A stretch of 63,718 bases of DNA, counting the filler, from Olpidium bornovanus S191 (Eukaryota > Fungi > Olpidiomycota), in the NCBI GenBank assembly GCA_017911155.1. It is 25 parts of 25 records of this genome, joined end to end, with 100 filler letters (N's around TTAATTAATTAA, not from the genome) between each part and the next. Parts side by side here need not be neighbours in the genome. Positions count along the whole stretch, not along the records: positions 19,304 to 23,514 come from JAEFCI010007733.1; positions 23,615 to 25,311 come from JAEFCI010000879.1; positions 25,412 to 28,491 come from JAEFCI010006120.1; positions 28,592 to 30,624 come from JAEFCI010003596.1; positions 30,725 to 34,429 come from JAEFCI010007769.1; positions 34,530 to 35,948 come from JAEFCI010006528.1; 19 more parts are not named here. One strand, 5' to 3'. Shown here piece after piece: positions 22,867 through 34,559 of the stretch (position 1 is the first letter of the stretch; every line of letters starts with the position of its first letter). Both the position numbers and the translations under genes were made by a program. The notes beneath the pieces are model-generated. The model worked only from the letters and a program-made list of their open reading frames with translations, was not told the origin of the DNA and made no database searches.

Positions 22867-23614
22867 TTTTCGCGTGGTAAGGTTACACCAGCTGTGTACA
22901 TAGAGGAAGTCGCCCTGCCCTCTCCGCCAGAACAAACGTTATGAGCCCGAAGGACTTGGGAATCAACAATGCCAAGCCGGCAGCCGAACAAATTACCGCA
23001 AGTCTTCCGTCGCCGTCGTCATCCTCCTACCGCATCTCCGGCCGGTCTCCAGCTCCATTCCTGGCATATTCTCGTTCTCCACGAGTTCTACGACGAACAA
23101 TCTTGCCGAACGGCCCTGCAATGCTCATTCACAGGGTGCGGGGCCGTCCTATCCCCCGAACCAGTCAACAAAGGAATAAAATGTTTTTGCTACTATGCAA
23201 ATGACGGAAAAATCAATAGTATGCTTCTTAGGATAAGCTGTAGTTGATGACCATAATTGTTTGCGGCCGGGAAGGAGAAGTTGACGTATGTGAATTAGCA
23301 TTTTTTTGTGGAGGTCTGCCAGTGACAACATTCCCATCTGTGTCTGCTAATGGGGTGTTTGCGGCAAATGAATAAGTAGCCTGCTGCCATAAGTCATACT
23401 GTGAAATCTCACACATATAAAACATCAGCTATATGAACGAAGACATGTGCTGGCACGTACGCGACTTGGGCAAGCTCGGCCTCCGGCTCGAGAGCGCAGT
23501 TGGCCGACAGTCCANNNNNNNNNNNNNNNNNNNNNNNNNNNNNNNNNNNNNNNNNNNNTTAATTAATTAANNNNNNNNNNNNNNNNNNNNNNNNNNNNNN
23601 NNNNNNNNNNNNNN

Positions 23615-25311
23615 CATGCCGCCTTTTGAGGAAACCTTCGCGCTGCGCGCGGTCGCGCGGCCGTAGAGAATACGGAGAAGAACGTGGAGGAGCTCCGGCC
23701 GGTGCGCACGCTGGATGACTGTGGCAGGATGCGCCGGGTCCAGTTGGAACGTCGAAAGCTCATCGCGGAACTTGACGTCGTCCGCGAGGTTGCGAAGGTT
23801 GTCGGCGTAGGGGATGATGGCGGGACTTCGCCAGGCGACCACGACCTCCAACGCCATCTTCTGCACTTTCAAATCGCCGCGTGCCAGAAGCCGGAAGATA
23901 ACTGCCCTGAACCGATCGGTCTCGTAGATGCCCTTCAGGTTCCGGAATTTGGCAAATAAATCCAGGTACGCAGCCAAAAGCGCCTTGTTGGCCTTTGCGG
24001 TGGGGGCCAAAAAGACTTTTTCCGCCGGGGCCGACTTCCCCGCTTCGGTGCTCTCCTCCTCCTCCAGTTCAATCAGGCCGAGAAATGCAGGGACGATATG
24101 GCGGTTGTGCTGCTCAACCAGCTTTGGCATCTGGGAAAGGGCGCTGATGATCAGGCAATTGTAGTTCCAAAAGTCCCCCCTCTCGGCGGGCAAGGACGGC
24201 GGCTTGCAAGCGCGGATGAAAGACATGATGAGGCCATTCCGTGAAACAGCATCAAGCGTCGTCATGGCGGCCGTGATGGTCTTACGGGCGCGGGTTACTT
24301 GAGGGCTGGCAGCGTAGGGCGAGGGTCGCTGGTTTCCTTCGCTGCCATCCCCCTCGTCCTCATCCTCATCTGCGAATACATCAAGCGCTTCCTGCGCCAA
24401 TCCTGCTACGCGCAGCCCACATCCGCCGTTCTGGAACTTGTTCAACTGTTCGTGGATGACGTTCCAGGTAGTAGCCGGGGAGACCTCGGAGGCGACCTGA
24501 AGGGCGTCCATCGCAGGCTTCCACATTGGCTGGAAGTTGAGTGTAAGCATGGCTGGCAGTTTAAAGATCAGCCCAGTTAGTTAGAGTCGAGGATGCATTA
24601 AACCAGGACCTCAAAAACTGCAAAAAAAGCGGCTATTCCAACATACCCAGGGCTATCCTCGGTAAAACCTCCTCGCACATTTCGGGCGCCATTCCGGCAG
24701 CAACGTGGTTCGACAGCTTCTTCAGGTAAAGGGCCTTTTCTCTGTGCGAGTCGAGACCTGCTGGCCGTTCCTCCACTTCCAACGCCATCCGGAACACCGC
24801 GCACGGCTCCGCGTCGTCGACGGTACCAGCAGCAGCGAGCTGCCGTTCGAATAACGCCAGAATCTTCAGAACACTAACTCGACTTCTATGCGACCAGGAG
24901 CTGATCATGCGGACCAGGAACGGAACCGTCTCTGCCATAGTCTGGGCGGTAAGCCTTCCGCAAGCATGGTCGCCACAGTCGTCAGCAAACACGGCGTCAA
25001 AGTATGCAGCCGCTCCTTCGAGAAACGCCGGGTTCCCGGCCGGGTCGGCGCGGTCTTTCAAGTACAAACACAAAGCCCGAAGCAGGCGGACGTCGGCGAG
25101 CTTGTCCTTAGCAGCTCCGACCTTCGATGGACCCCCATTCATCTTTTCCTTAGGATTCGTCGAGGCGCCCGCTGAGCGGTACAGTTGAGCCATGGAGCTT
25201 AGAATTTTCCCAATGAGAACTTGAGCGACATACTGAGGCCCTCCGCAGGCAATAATGCTGCTGTTCGTTCCAGCCGAGCAAGCGGCGTCCATTGGCGCCT
25301 CGAGAAGTGCG
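23615..25311 (-). CDS. UTP20: U3 snoRNP-associated HEAT protein Utp20 (DRIM region), internal fragment
   Basis: LLARGDLKVQKMALEVVVAWRSPAIIPYADNLRNLADDVKFRDELSTF...HRPELLHVLLRILYGR, plus upstream ALGMLTLNFQPMWKPA. Confidence 0.88.
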
Positions 25312-26499
25312 NNNNNNNNNNNNNNNNNNNNNNNNNNNNNNNNNNNNNNNNNNNNTTAATTAATTAANNNNNNNNNNNNNNNNNNNNNNNNNNNNNNNNN
25401 NNNNNNNNNNNCCGCCCGGGGGCGGGGAGTGGGGGGAAAGGGGGAGGAGGCGGAGGGGGGGATGGCGGAAGGCAGCGCGTCCTGCGGGCGGAGGGCAGCA
25501 GCAGCATCAAGTTCAACGCAAGAATTTTCATGATTTCAATGGCGCCGGCGGCAGGCGAGGAGACGACGGTTGTCCGCGTTTTTTTTTTCTTTCTGTTGCA
25601 TTTGGCGGGGTTTCCGGGGAAGGGAGGGGGGGAAGGGTCGCGGCTGGTGCGAGGATGCCGCGTTCTCCAACTTTTTTGTTTTGTGTTTTTTTTTTTTATT
25701 TTTTTTAGCGCGCGCGTGCGTCCGCGCCCCCCCCCCCTCCCCCCCCCCCCGCCCGCCCGCCAGGTCCCCACCAACCACAGCCTCAGCCCCAGCCCCCACA
25801 GCCCCCCAGCACCCCCACAGCCTGTTTCGGGGGGAGTAAGGGAAACGGCAGAAAGAAAAAAAACAAAAAAAAGCAACGGTGGGATCTAAATATACACGTG
25901 CGAAAATCGATGCCCGGCTCGCGCGCCAGAAACCGCTGCAACGCTCCGGAAGTGTGGGCCCACGCGGATCCGTTTGGCGGCGGTCACGTGTGCAGATCAG
26001 CATGGGAAAAAAGCTTGCGAATCTTAAAAGAATTCAGGGGGTGAAGAAGGGGAAAAGTTGGGAGGGGAGCGTTCCGACATGCGCCGTGCGCCGCCGCAGA
26101 CGAGGTGGCAGACTTCCCGATTTCCCCTTCTTCCGAAGGCGCAGGGGTCGACGGCACCCCAAACGGGCGAAAACCAGAGGACTTTTTACCAGTTGAGCTT
26201 TGTTTCCTCTCTTCGTTCTTTGCGACCATCGCGCCAACAGGGATAAACTTCAAACTTCATTGGCCCAAACTTTGCTTGCGAAGTACGTAGGAAGCCTGTG
26301 GCCCCCCGGATGGTGGGACGAGGTTCGGGTGCGAGCGGGGAGAACCAGCCTCTATGAGGTCATCGAGCGTACACGCCGATGAGAATGAGGACACACCCTG
26401 GACTGGCCCTTATCCACCCTCACGTTGCATCGGCCGACAAGGCTGGGTGTGGCGGTTATGACAGTCGGGCAGGAGAGGAGGACATAGCACACCGGGGGC

Positions 26500-26775
26500 T
26501 CTGTTCGCCAGGGCAAAGGAAAGGGTAACGGCGAATACACGTGACAAAGGACGAATACATTGGCAATCACCAACGGCTCTGTCTCCAATACGCGCCACGC
26601 GCGCGGATGATCGCAGGCCGAACAAGAAGAAAACACCTGGCATTTCTGTATCAAGACCACGGTGGCCAACCTTGACCCGATCATCGTTGCTGACTTTGAC
26701 CTGGATGACAAGTGCTCCTTTGCGGAAATTCGCTTACATTTAATCCACCGCGTGAAAGCCTGGCGATAAAGGGCA
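26500..26775 (+). mobile_element. Possible decayed Ty1/copia gag remnant
   Basis: ANLDPIIVADFDLDDKCSFAEIRLHLIHRVKA resembles the end of copia gag (UBN2-type); surrounded by stops. Confidence 0.3.
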
Positions 26776-26821
26776 ATCCTTACGCGAAAGGTGCCTGTGC
26801 TGCTGGGATCAGCAAAGCTGA

Positions 26822-26990
26822 TGCTCGTCCCGCAGTCTTTTTCCTCCAAACCCGTGACAGAAGAAAGAAGAAGGGAAAAAACGCCGAGTTCACCATCGCC
26901 ACGCTTTGCTGCTCGTCCCGCAGTATTTTTCCTCCAAACCCGTGACAGAAGAAAGAAGAAGGGAAAAAACGCCGAGTTCACCATCGCCAC
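26822..26990 (+). repeat. Near-perfect direct repeat, 81-bp units at 88-bp period
   Basis: tgctcgtcccgcagt(c/a)ttttt...caccatcgccac at 26822-26902 and 26910-26990. Confidence 0.9.
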
Positions 26991-27337
26991 CCCCCCCCCC
27001 ACCTGCCCCTGCCTGTCCGCCAATCGCCCCTGTCACGTCTATGCGCAAAAGGCGTAGGGGTCAAATCAAGCTCCGGCAGCTCCCACCGCCCCCTTCATGC
27101 ACGACCCTCGCGACCTAATGGCAAACACAAACCATTCTTCGGGTGATAAAATGCCATGAGTGCGTGAAACCATGAGAGTTGTGGGAGTAGAGGCCATTGA
27201 CCGCCTTCCAACTTCTAATTGTGACTGACATGTGATTTTCCTGGCCATCGTGGGCCAATGGTGGGGCTTTGAAGTTCACCAGTAATGCAGTCCATGTCAA
27301 ATATGGCTCTGGTGGTGAGCCAGACATCGGGTGTGAA

Positions 27338-27408
27338 GGGCAGATCGCTCAATCGTAGAGCATCCTTCCGGGTAGGGGAAGGTCCAGAGTTTGACCCTCG
27401 GCCAAGCC
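27338..27408 (+). pseudogene. Degenerate tRNA-like element, copy 1
   Basis: A-box-like CGCTCAATCGTAGAGC, stem TCCTT/GGGGA, B-box-like GAGTTTGACCCTC. Acceptor stem is poor. Confidence 0.6.
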
Positions 27409-27546
27409 GCTGTCAGTTTTAACAAGTTATGAGCGCAACCCTGGACAGGCGGCTGAGCCCTGTGGACGGCCAGAACCTAAATGTGCCTGGCTTGAGGGGA
27501 GGTGTTGAAGATGGCTTTGGTGGCAAACCAGACACCTGGCGCAAAC

Positions 27547-27617
27547 GGCGGATAGCTCAATGGTAGAGCATCCTTTCGGGTAGAGAAAAGTCTCTGAGTT
27601 TGACTCTCTGCCAGCCC
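27547..27617 (+). pseudogene. Degenerate tRNA-like element, copy 2
   Basis: GGCGGATAGCTCAATGGTAGAGCATCCTTTCGGGTAGAGAAAAGTCTCTGAGTTTGACTCTCTGCCAGCCC; A and B boxes recognisable, stems decayed. Confidence 0.6.
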
Positions 27618-28289
27618 ACTGTCAGTTAAAACGTTCGTTTTAACATATTCCTCTCCCTGGTGAGCGACGGGGGTTGGCTTCGAGCACATTTGACGCGCTC
27701 TTCGGCCCAGGTGGCATCAGAGGTTTTTGCACTTCCCTTTGGTGGCGCTTCCTCTCGTATTCCCGTTTGTGGAGCCCCCCCGAGCTCCCGCAAAGGGTCC
27801 ACCGTCGAAAAAACTAGAGGTCGTCGACACCGCGGCTGAACTGCTTTTCCCTCACTCGTGACACTGGCCTTGTCGGAATTTCCAAGGCCACCCGGCCACA
27901 CTCCTTGTCTTGTTGCGCAGTCGGGCTGCTGCGCCACGAGAGGCTGCTGTCCCCACGGGAGTCGCCGTTCGTCCTCAATGGTTGGATCCTTTCCTTCCCC
28001 GGCTTTGCGGCCCGGGAGGAGTTGGCAACATCCTGCTGGTTTGGCACATAAACCTATAGCAGCCAATCAAGCCCCGAAGGCGCAGACGCAAAGACGCAGA
28101 GCTCGGAACAAGTTGGAAGCAGAGTTGACGGAGGTCTTCTCTACAAGGCTGCGTGGTGGGAATCGTCCTTCCGCTACACTTTCTAATCTGCGTTGGGCAA
28201 AGGCTTTCTAGCGGGAGCTTCAGGGATTTACTAAACCAGTTTTCATTTTTTTTGATCTTGCGGAAGTCGGAAAATTCCGGCGATTATAC

Positions 28290-28331
<42 letters not shown>

Positions 28332-28654
28332 GCCCACGGAAAACGGGCTTTTTCAAGCGAACGTGCGCGTCATGCCAAAAAGGAACCTTGAAAATTGACC
28401 AATAAAAATCGAAATCAAACCGTAAGAGGCTTACCCCGTCTTCAAGCTGAACCCACCCCTTAAACTATGTTTCATTTTCACGAAAAGTATCNNNNNNNNN
28501 NNNNNNNNNNNNNNNNNNNNNNNNNNNNNNNNNNNTTAATTAATTAANNNNNNNNNNNNNNNNNNNNNNNNNNNNNNNNNNNNNNNNNNNNAAAGCGGGG
28601 GTGAGGCGGGGGTGCGAGGCGGGGGGGGGGGGGGGCCCCCCCCCCCCCCTCCCC

Positions 28655-28757
<103 letters not shown>

Positions 28758-29729
28758 CCTCGCTCCCCGAACGCGCCTAGCAAGCATCCTCGCCTCACGC
28801 CCCGCCTCGCCTCGCCCCGCCGCTCCCCGCTCAATTGGCGCGCCGGCTCCCGCCCCCCTCTCCGCGCCCGGCCCGAAAGGGTGCCCTCCCCAGCCGGCGA
28901 CGCGCGCCAAGATAAGACGCGCGCGCGCGCGCAAGGTCAAGAAAAGCCCATCTGAGTCGGATGCGAGTCCCGCGGAACTCGCTCGCCTTTGAACGCGCGT
29001 TTGGTGCAAGGTAAGTCGATTTGCCCTTTTGTTTGTGGTGGCGGTTCGGCTCGGTGGCGTAGATGGCGCGTCCGGTGTGCGCACTTCCTCGTTGCTTGGC
29101 TTCCGGTCTACCTGATCGCCAAGGGAGAAACTTCTTGGGGAGCTCGGGTAGCGTGTATACCTGAACCCCGAGGGTGAATCCCGCGGTGCTCGGGAACGAC
29201 TAGCTTGTCGCTGATTGTACTGTGGGGTCGTCATCGCGTGGTCGGCCGGTTACTTTGCACATCAATCCCAGCCGGCCAGCCCTTCCCAGCGGTTCCTCTC
29301 GGTGCTGTGTTTTGAAGACACAAGGCGTCCAATGGACGCCACGTAGCATCCGAGTTTCCCGGGAAGGGTCCACACCGAAACCACCGAAACCGAACCGTCA
29401 CCAGGCTAACTTCCCAATGAGTTCTTTACCAAAAACTGGTTTCTTTACCCATCGAGGGGTTTTTTTCCCCGGAAAAGAAAAGGGAAGCTTGTCAAAACAC
29501 CTCCACGCGGTGCTTCCTGGGCAACGGTCTCTGTGGTAGCCCGCAGAACCGGCTAAGTTTGACCCCGCCCTCGAGCAAGTTTCGGAGACGCGCCAAGCCA
29601 GCACGCAGCGGAAGCGGGAGCTGTTCGCGGCGATACCGCCCTCAAGGAGCCCAAGAAACCCAAGGAACGCTAGAGCCATCCCCCGCTCACCCCCTGCCCC
29701 ACACGATTGACGCGGCCCTGCGAAACTAG

Positions 29730-30380
29730 GTTATAGATTCTATCTAATGGAGAGGCTTTTGTAATGGATCAAATGCGATTTTTGAGTAATATTTCCTCCT
29801 TTGAATAATCCCTTATTTGTATTTACAGTGTAATTTACGTAACCAGAGGCCGACCGATTCGGCTATCATTTATGATGTGTTCCTGCTACATGACAGAGTT
29901 ATTAAAGCAGGTAATTCTATCGGAACAATTGTTCGCTATGTTTAATTTTCATATCCATAAGTAAATGAATATCAACTTGATGTTCGAGAAATTTTGAACA
30001 CCAAACGTTTATTTGTAGGCGGTACAGAAATCAACCAAGATATACTAGAAGATTTGTTTGTTTCACCCGATGAAGAGGGTTTTAGTGTTTTATCTGTAAC
30101 CGGCACAGGGGATTCCTCTTCTACAACTTCTGGTGCTTTACAAGTTGCCGGAGGTGTGGGGATTGCAAAATCTCTGTATGTAGGAGGCAGTAAAATTTCT
30201 GTTGTAGGTCCTGGTGGGGCTGGATCAACATCTTATATAGATTTAGTCACGTACACTTCCTTCACTGGGGTTCCATCGAGTAGAATAGTAGCTACTGATG
30301 TAGGGACTTTTTCATCTAGTATAGATTTCCAAACGAAAAATCCGGGAGCAGAAACAAACCCGTTGGTCACCAGATTACGC
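29730..30380 (+). mobile_element. AT-rich island encoding a decayed virus-type fibre/structural protein fragment
   Basis: ORF 29994..30515 contains TGDSSSTTSGALQVAGGVGIAKSLYVGG and SIDFQTKNPGAETNPLVTRLR, motifs typical of large-DNA-virus/phage fibre proteins. Intronless, A/T-ending codons, composition shifts at about 29730 and 30380. Confidence 0.65.
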
Positions 30381-30724
30381 GGCTTGCAAAACAGGGAATG
30401 CCGACGCTCCCTCGACGACATTCGTGACCTCAAATCTCAAACAAGCTTTGATGCGACAGTTTTTGCTTCCGTCCAAGTTATCTGTTCGCTGCGGACCGCG
30501 CCGCCTGCAAAATAGATTCCAAAAAGGAACTTCGCTAAACGTAGTCCAAAGATGCGAAAACTGCCAATAAACGCCCGGCTGTACTTTGCTGCATTTCTGT
30601 CCCAATTCAATTCCCCGTCGCATGNNNNNNNNNNNNNNNNNNNNNNNNNNNNNNNNNNNNNNNNNNNNTTAATTAATTAANNNNNNNNNNNNNNNNNNNN
30701 NNNNNNNNNNNNNNNNNNNNNNNN

Positions 30725-31260
30725 GAGGAAGGTGACCATCCTCGCGCGCCTCGCTGGGCTTTCCGACGCGGAGACGTCTTCGCTCGACGTCGCCTCCCTC
30801 GTTCCAAAGCCCCTTGAGAATGCCGGCACCGCGGAAGAGTTCATGAACCGCCTTCCTGAGTTCGATGACGAGTTTGCCAGGAAAGCTCAGGACGCCGCCG
30901 AACGGGGGCACGTGCTCCGATACGTCGGTTTCGTGGACGTCGAGAAGGGAGTTTCGGGAGTCAGGCTGGAGAGGTAAAGAGATATTTTATAAAGCCTGAA
31001 AAAGAAATTGCGTCATCGCCGTCGGGGGTTGGCCAATGGAACGTTAGGACACGGTTTACTCATACGGAAAGATCCCGTTTGCCGCCAGCTATCCTCCGAC
31101 GCACCCGTTTGCCGCACTTTCGGGATCCGACAACATCATCGCATTCACTACCGACCGGTTTCCCAGCCCGCTCGTGATCCGCGGAGCCGGCGCCGGTGCT
31201 GCCGTCACCGCCTTCGGCGTTCTTTCCGACATCTTCAAGGTCCTGGAGCGAGTTTGCTGA
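30725..31260 (+). CDS. HOM6: Homoserine dehydrogenase, 3' exons
   Basis: RKVTILARLAG...VLRYVGFVDV / YPPTHPFAALSGSDNIIAFTTDRFPSPLVIRGAGAGAAVTAFGVLSDI. May be the C-terminus of an aspartokinase fusion; the 5' part is missing. Confidence 0.93.
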
Positions 31261-31559
31261 CGCTCCTTTCCATTTTTTGTTGTTTTCACCCCCGGCCTTG
31301 GCGCCTCATCGCCCTTTTCGGTGGGCGGGCATCACTTTGAGCGTTTAAAAATATTCACCCTTTGCATCGCTGTGTCGTCCGAGGCGGTGCCCAAGATGAT
31401 GCGTGGGTTCATCCAGAGCCAACGGCAGCAGCACGAAATAATATTCTCTTTTTTCATCTCATTTTTCTGCGCTCAGAACTTGTAGACCAAGAGGGCCAAA
31501 TAAGCTTGGCTTCCTCCTGCACCGGTGCCGCGGCAACGCTTGCCCTATAACATTGCCGC

Positions 31560-32490
31560 TGTAAAACCTGGGGGAGGTTTTTTGCCGAATTGCAAACGGG
31601 CGGTTGAAGAACCCAAACGCGATTAACACCCGATCATCGAGTGCTATATCAACCTTAAGAAGGACAAAAAGGCAGCGCGTTAACAGAACTCTGGGAAAGC
31701 CGGAACCAAGGGCCTTGATGGTTAATTTATCAGCTAGTTCAAAAGCCAGTGGATTCGGAAATGGATGGCAGGTGTGCAGCCAATCAGTGACATGGTTACT
31801 TCAGGCACAGTCCGTGTAGATCTCTTTGTCACAGTCAAGGGGGAGTGACAGTCAGGTCGTCATGACGAGTGACGGAAGATCTGTGGAGTTCGCAGCTCGG
31901 AGTTTGCAGCTTTCTCCGTCCTTCCCTTTTTTCTCCTCCTCCTCGAGCTTGTTATTCTTGTAAGGCCTTTACAATGTGACATATATTGTCACAGAAACGG
32001 CATGTAGCAGTCTTGAAACATTCACTGGCCGGATTTGTGTTGTTCTCCTCACCAATAGCACTTCTTGCTGACGAGTTAGATAGGATGTGAAGCCATGAAC
32101 GCCACTTCATCTTTTTGACTCCGTCCCTTTTTCCGGCAAAGAACTGCTCCTTATTCAAATGAGAGCTGCAGACGTGGGCGAAGTCAGAGGGCTTTTCATT
32201 CTCAATAATATTGTCCCTCACAGCGGTATTGGCATCATATGGACGAACCCCTTTGTGCAACACAATACTCGTGTACTCATCGGAGGTTTTGTGCACCAAG
32301 TTGGTTCAGTTTCTCTGCCTTTCTTCCAATCCTTGCCTGAAAGAGTTGTACCCTTTCTTCCAGGGTCTTCCAATCCTTGCCTGGCACTAGAAGCTTCCAT
32401 GATGTGCATGAGCTGATTGTCTTCCACGCCGAAGACGATCTCGCCCAGGGCATCCCCATCCTTTTTGAAGTCATTGTCAAAGTCGGGGTC
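31560..32490 (-). mobile_element. Decayed Ty1/copia gag-pol remnant
   Basis: Gag-like SDEYTSIVLHKGVRPYDANTAVRDNIIENEKPSDFAHVCSSHL, degenerate knuckle CRFCDNICHIVKAL, protease-region DWLHTCHPFPNPLAFELADKLTIKALGSG; many stops and frameshifts. Confidence 0.75.
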
Positions 32491-33239
32491 TTGATCTTCA
32501 GGAGGTTTGACTTATTCAGCCAGCTTTCGTTCCCTCAGCAGAAGAGGCGTCCGCAGGCTCCAACACGCGTAATTTTTTCCATCCAGCTTGGTGATAGAAC
32601 GCCTGAAGCCATTGTTGGTTGGGACGACGATCGCGGGTACGCGATGGTGACGGCTTCGCGGCGGCGGCAAAGGTGGTGCGTCCTCACGCGTCAGTCAGTC
32701 ATGCGGCGACGGCTCACGCGGCGACGGCAGCGCCAGGCCGTGAGTCCTTGCGCAGTTCACGCGGCAGTGACGACGGCGGTTCGCCACGGCGACGGTTTCG
32801 CGGCGGCGGCGGAGGCGTTGAGTCCCCGGGGGCGCGCAGCGGCGACGACGGCTGGTTCGCGACGGGGGTTGAGGCGGTCGACGGCAGAAGGCGGCCGGTT
32901 TAGTCCTTGGGGCGCGTCCAGTCCGTTGGGCTCGTGACCTTTTCCATCCCAAAGGGCTCTTTCTTGGTGATTCATTCGCTCTCTTTCGCTCGATGTGAAG
33001 AAAGAGGAAAGAGGAAGAGGCGCCACGTGGGCCTAACGCGTTTGCGTCCGACGGCACCGCTTCTTTCGATCACGTGACGGACGCGGGGAGTTGGCCGGTC
33101 CGCGAACGGGCCGCACCCGGCGCCACCCACCGTCCGCCCCCCATTCCCCCTCCCGCCCGCCCCGCCCGCCCCGCCCGCCCCGCCCCGCTCGGCCGTCCCG
33201 TTCTCGCTGGTCGTTCGTTTTTGGCAAGAAGCAGGACAA

Positions 33240-34240
33240 ATGGCGGGCGCGGACGGCGGTCGGGCGTCGACGGCGGACTTCGTCGCCCCGCTGCTCGACG
33301 TGCTGAGGCTGAACGTGCCCAGCAGGTACCTGCTGCTGGAAGACGAGCTGCTCACTCTGGTCGCGGCTTTCGTGGCCGTGGTCGCGCTCATAATAGGTCG
33401 GGAGAAGTCTCTTGTCTACCGCCGTGGACTACACGCGCGCGCGCACTGCTTTTTCCGCCCCGTCCGCGCTCGTAAAAAAGCAAAAAAAAAACTCACGCAT
33501 TTCTCCCTCCCTGCCGCCCTTTTCTCTCTCCTTCTCTCGCCCTCTCTCTCCCTCGCTTCCTTGGGTTCCCACACCAAATCAATTTCTTTTAGGCGCCTTC
33601 GTTCTTGTTCTCCTTCGGACGCGGGCCAAGGTCGGAAGCGCGGTGCTGATCTGCGGGCCGACGGGTGCGGGCAAGACCGTGCTGTGGCACCAGGTAACAA
33701 AAATGGGAAGAAAAAAAAACAACGAAAAAAAAAAACTGGAGGCTGACGCTCGAAGACGGCGGACCTCCTTCCCCTCTTTGCGCGCTGTGCGAAAAAACTC
33801 GGCCGAAACGCCTGCCCGGGGATGGTGTGGGGCGGGAACCCGTTAGCTGCGGTTCGGCGAGACAGTGCCGACCGTCATGTCACTGGACGAGAACGCGGCG
33901 GTGTGCGCGCTGGACGAGGAAGAAACCGTGAGTGATTCCCACTCGATCGGGTCGGGATCCCCACCCTGCCCCTCACCACCAGGGGAAAAAGGGCCCGCCG
34001 ACTCCGCGGGGAGGTGCGAAGAGGAACTATTTTTGGGGCGCGTGGGGGCGGTTGTTTTCCCTGTGTTCAATTCGTCTCTCTCTCTCCCTCTTTCGCAGAA
34101 ACGTGTCGAGATCGTCGACCTCCCCGGCCACGAGCGGCTGCGGTACAAGAGCGCGGATTTTTTCCCGCTGGCCTGCGCTGTGGTCTTTGTGGTTGACTCG
34201 GCGAGGGCCGCCAAGGACTTGCGGGTGGTAGCAGAGTACG
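33240..34240 (+). CDS. SRPRB: Signal recognition particle receptor beta subunit, 5' part, multi-exon
   Basis: N-terminal TM (LLTLVAAFVAVVALII), P-loop VLICGPTGAGKTVLW, TVPTVMSLDEN, IVDLPGHERLRYK, VVFVVDSA. Confidence 0.9.
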
Positions 34241-34559
34241 GGAACTGAGGCAATTCGTTTTCGGGCGTTCGGCGTCGACCCCCTTCCCCCGAGGTTTTCC
34301 CCTTGTTTGGTCCGCCCGGGAAATTAACCAAATGAAGGGGGGGAGGGGTTGCGTGGCGAGGGAGACTTTTTCCTTACTCGCTCACCTTTCCACGCCGCGG
34401 CGTCCAAACCGCGCTCGAACTTCCCCCCCNNNNNNNNNNNNNNNNNNNNNNNNNNNNNNNNNNNNNNNNNNNNTTAATTAATTAANNNNNNNNNNNNNNN
34501 NNNNNNNNNNNNNNNNNNNNNNNNNNNNNCCATGAGATATCGGCCAGAACCACGCCGGG

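Noticed and set aside
10700-25311. NAT10 and UTP20 as a ribosome-biogenesis cluster
   Set aside because: Separate contigs concatenated with spacers; there is no linkage evidence.
28390-28491. Possible rRNA fragment
   Set aside because: Only superficial similarity; no recognisable conserved rRNA segment.
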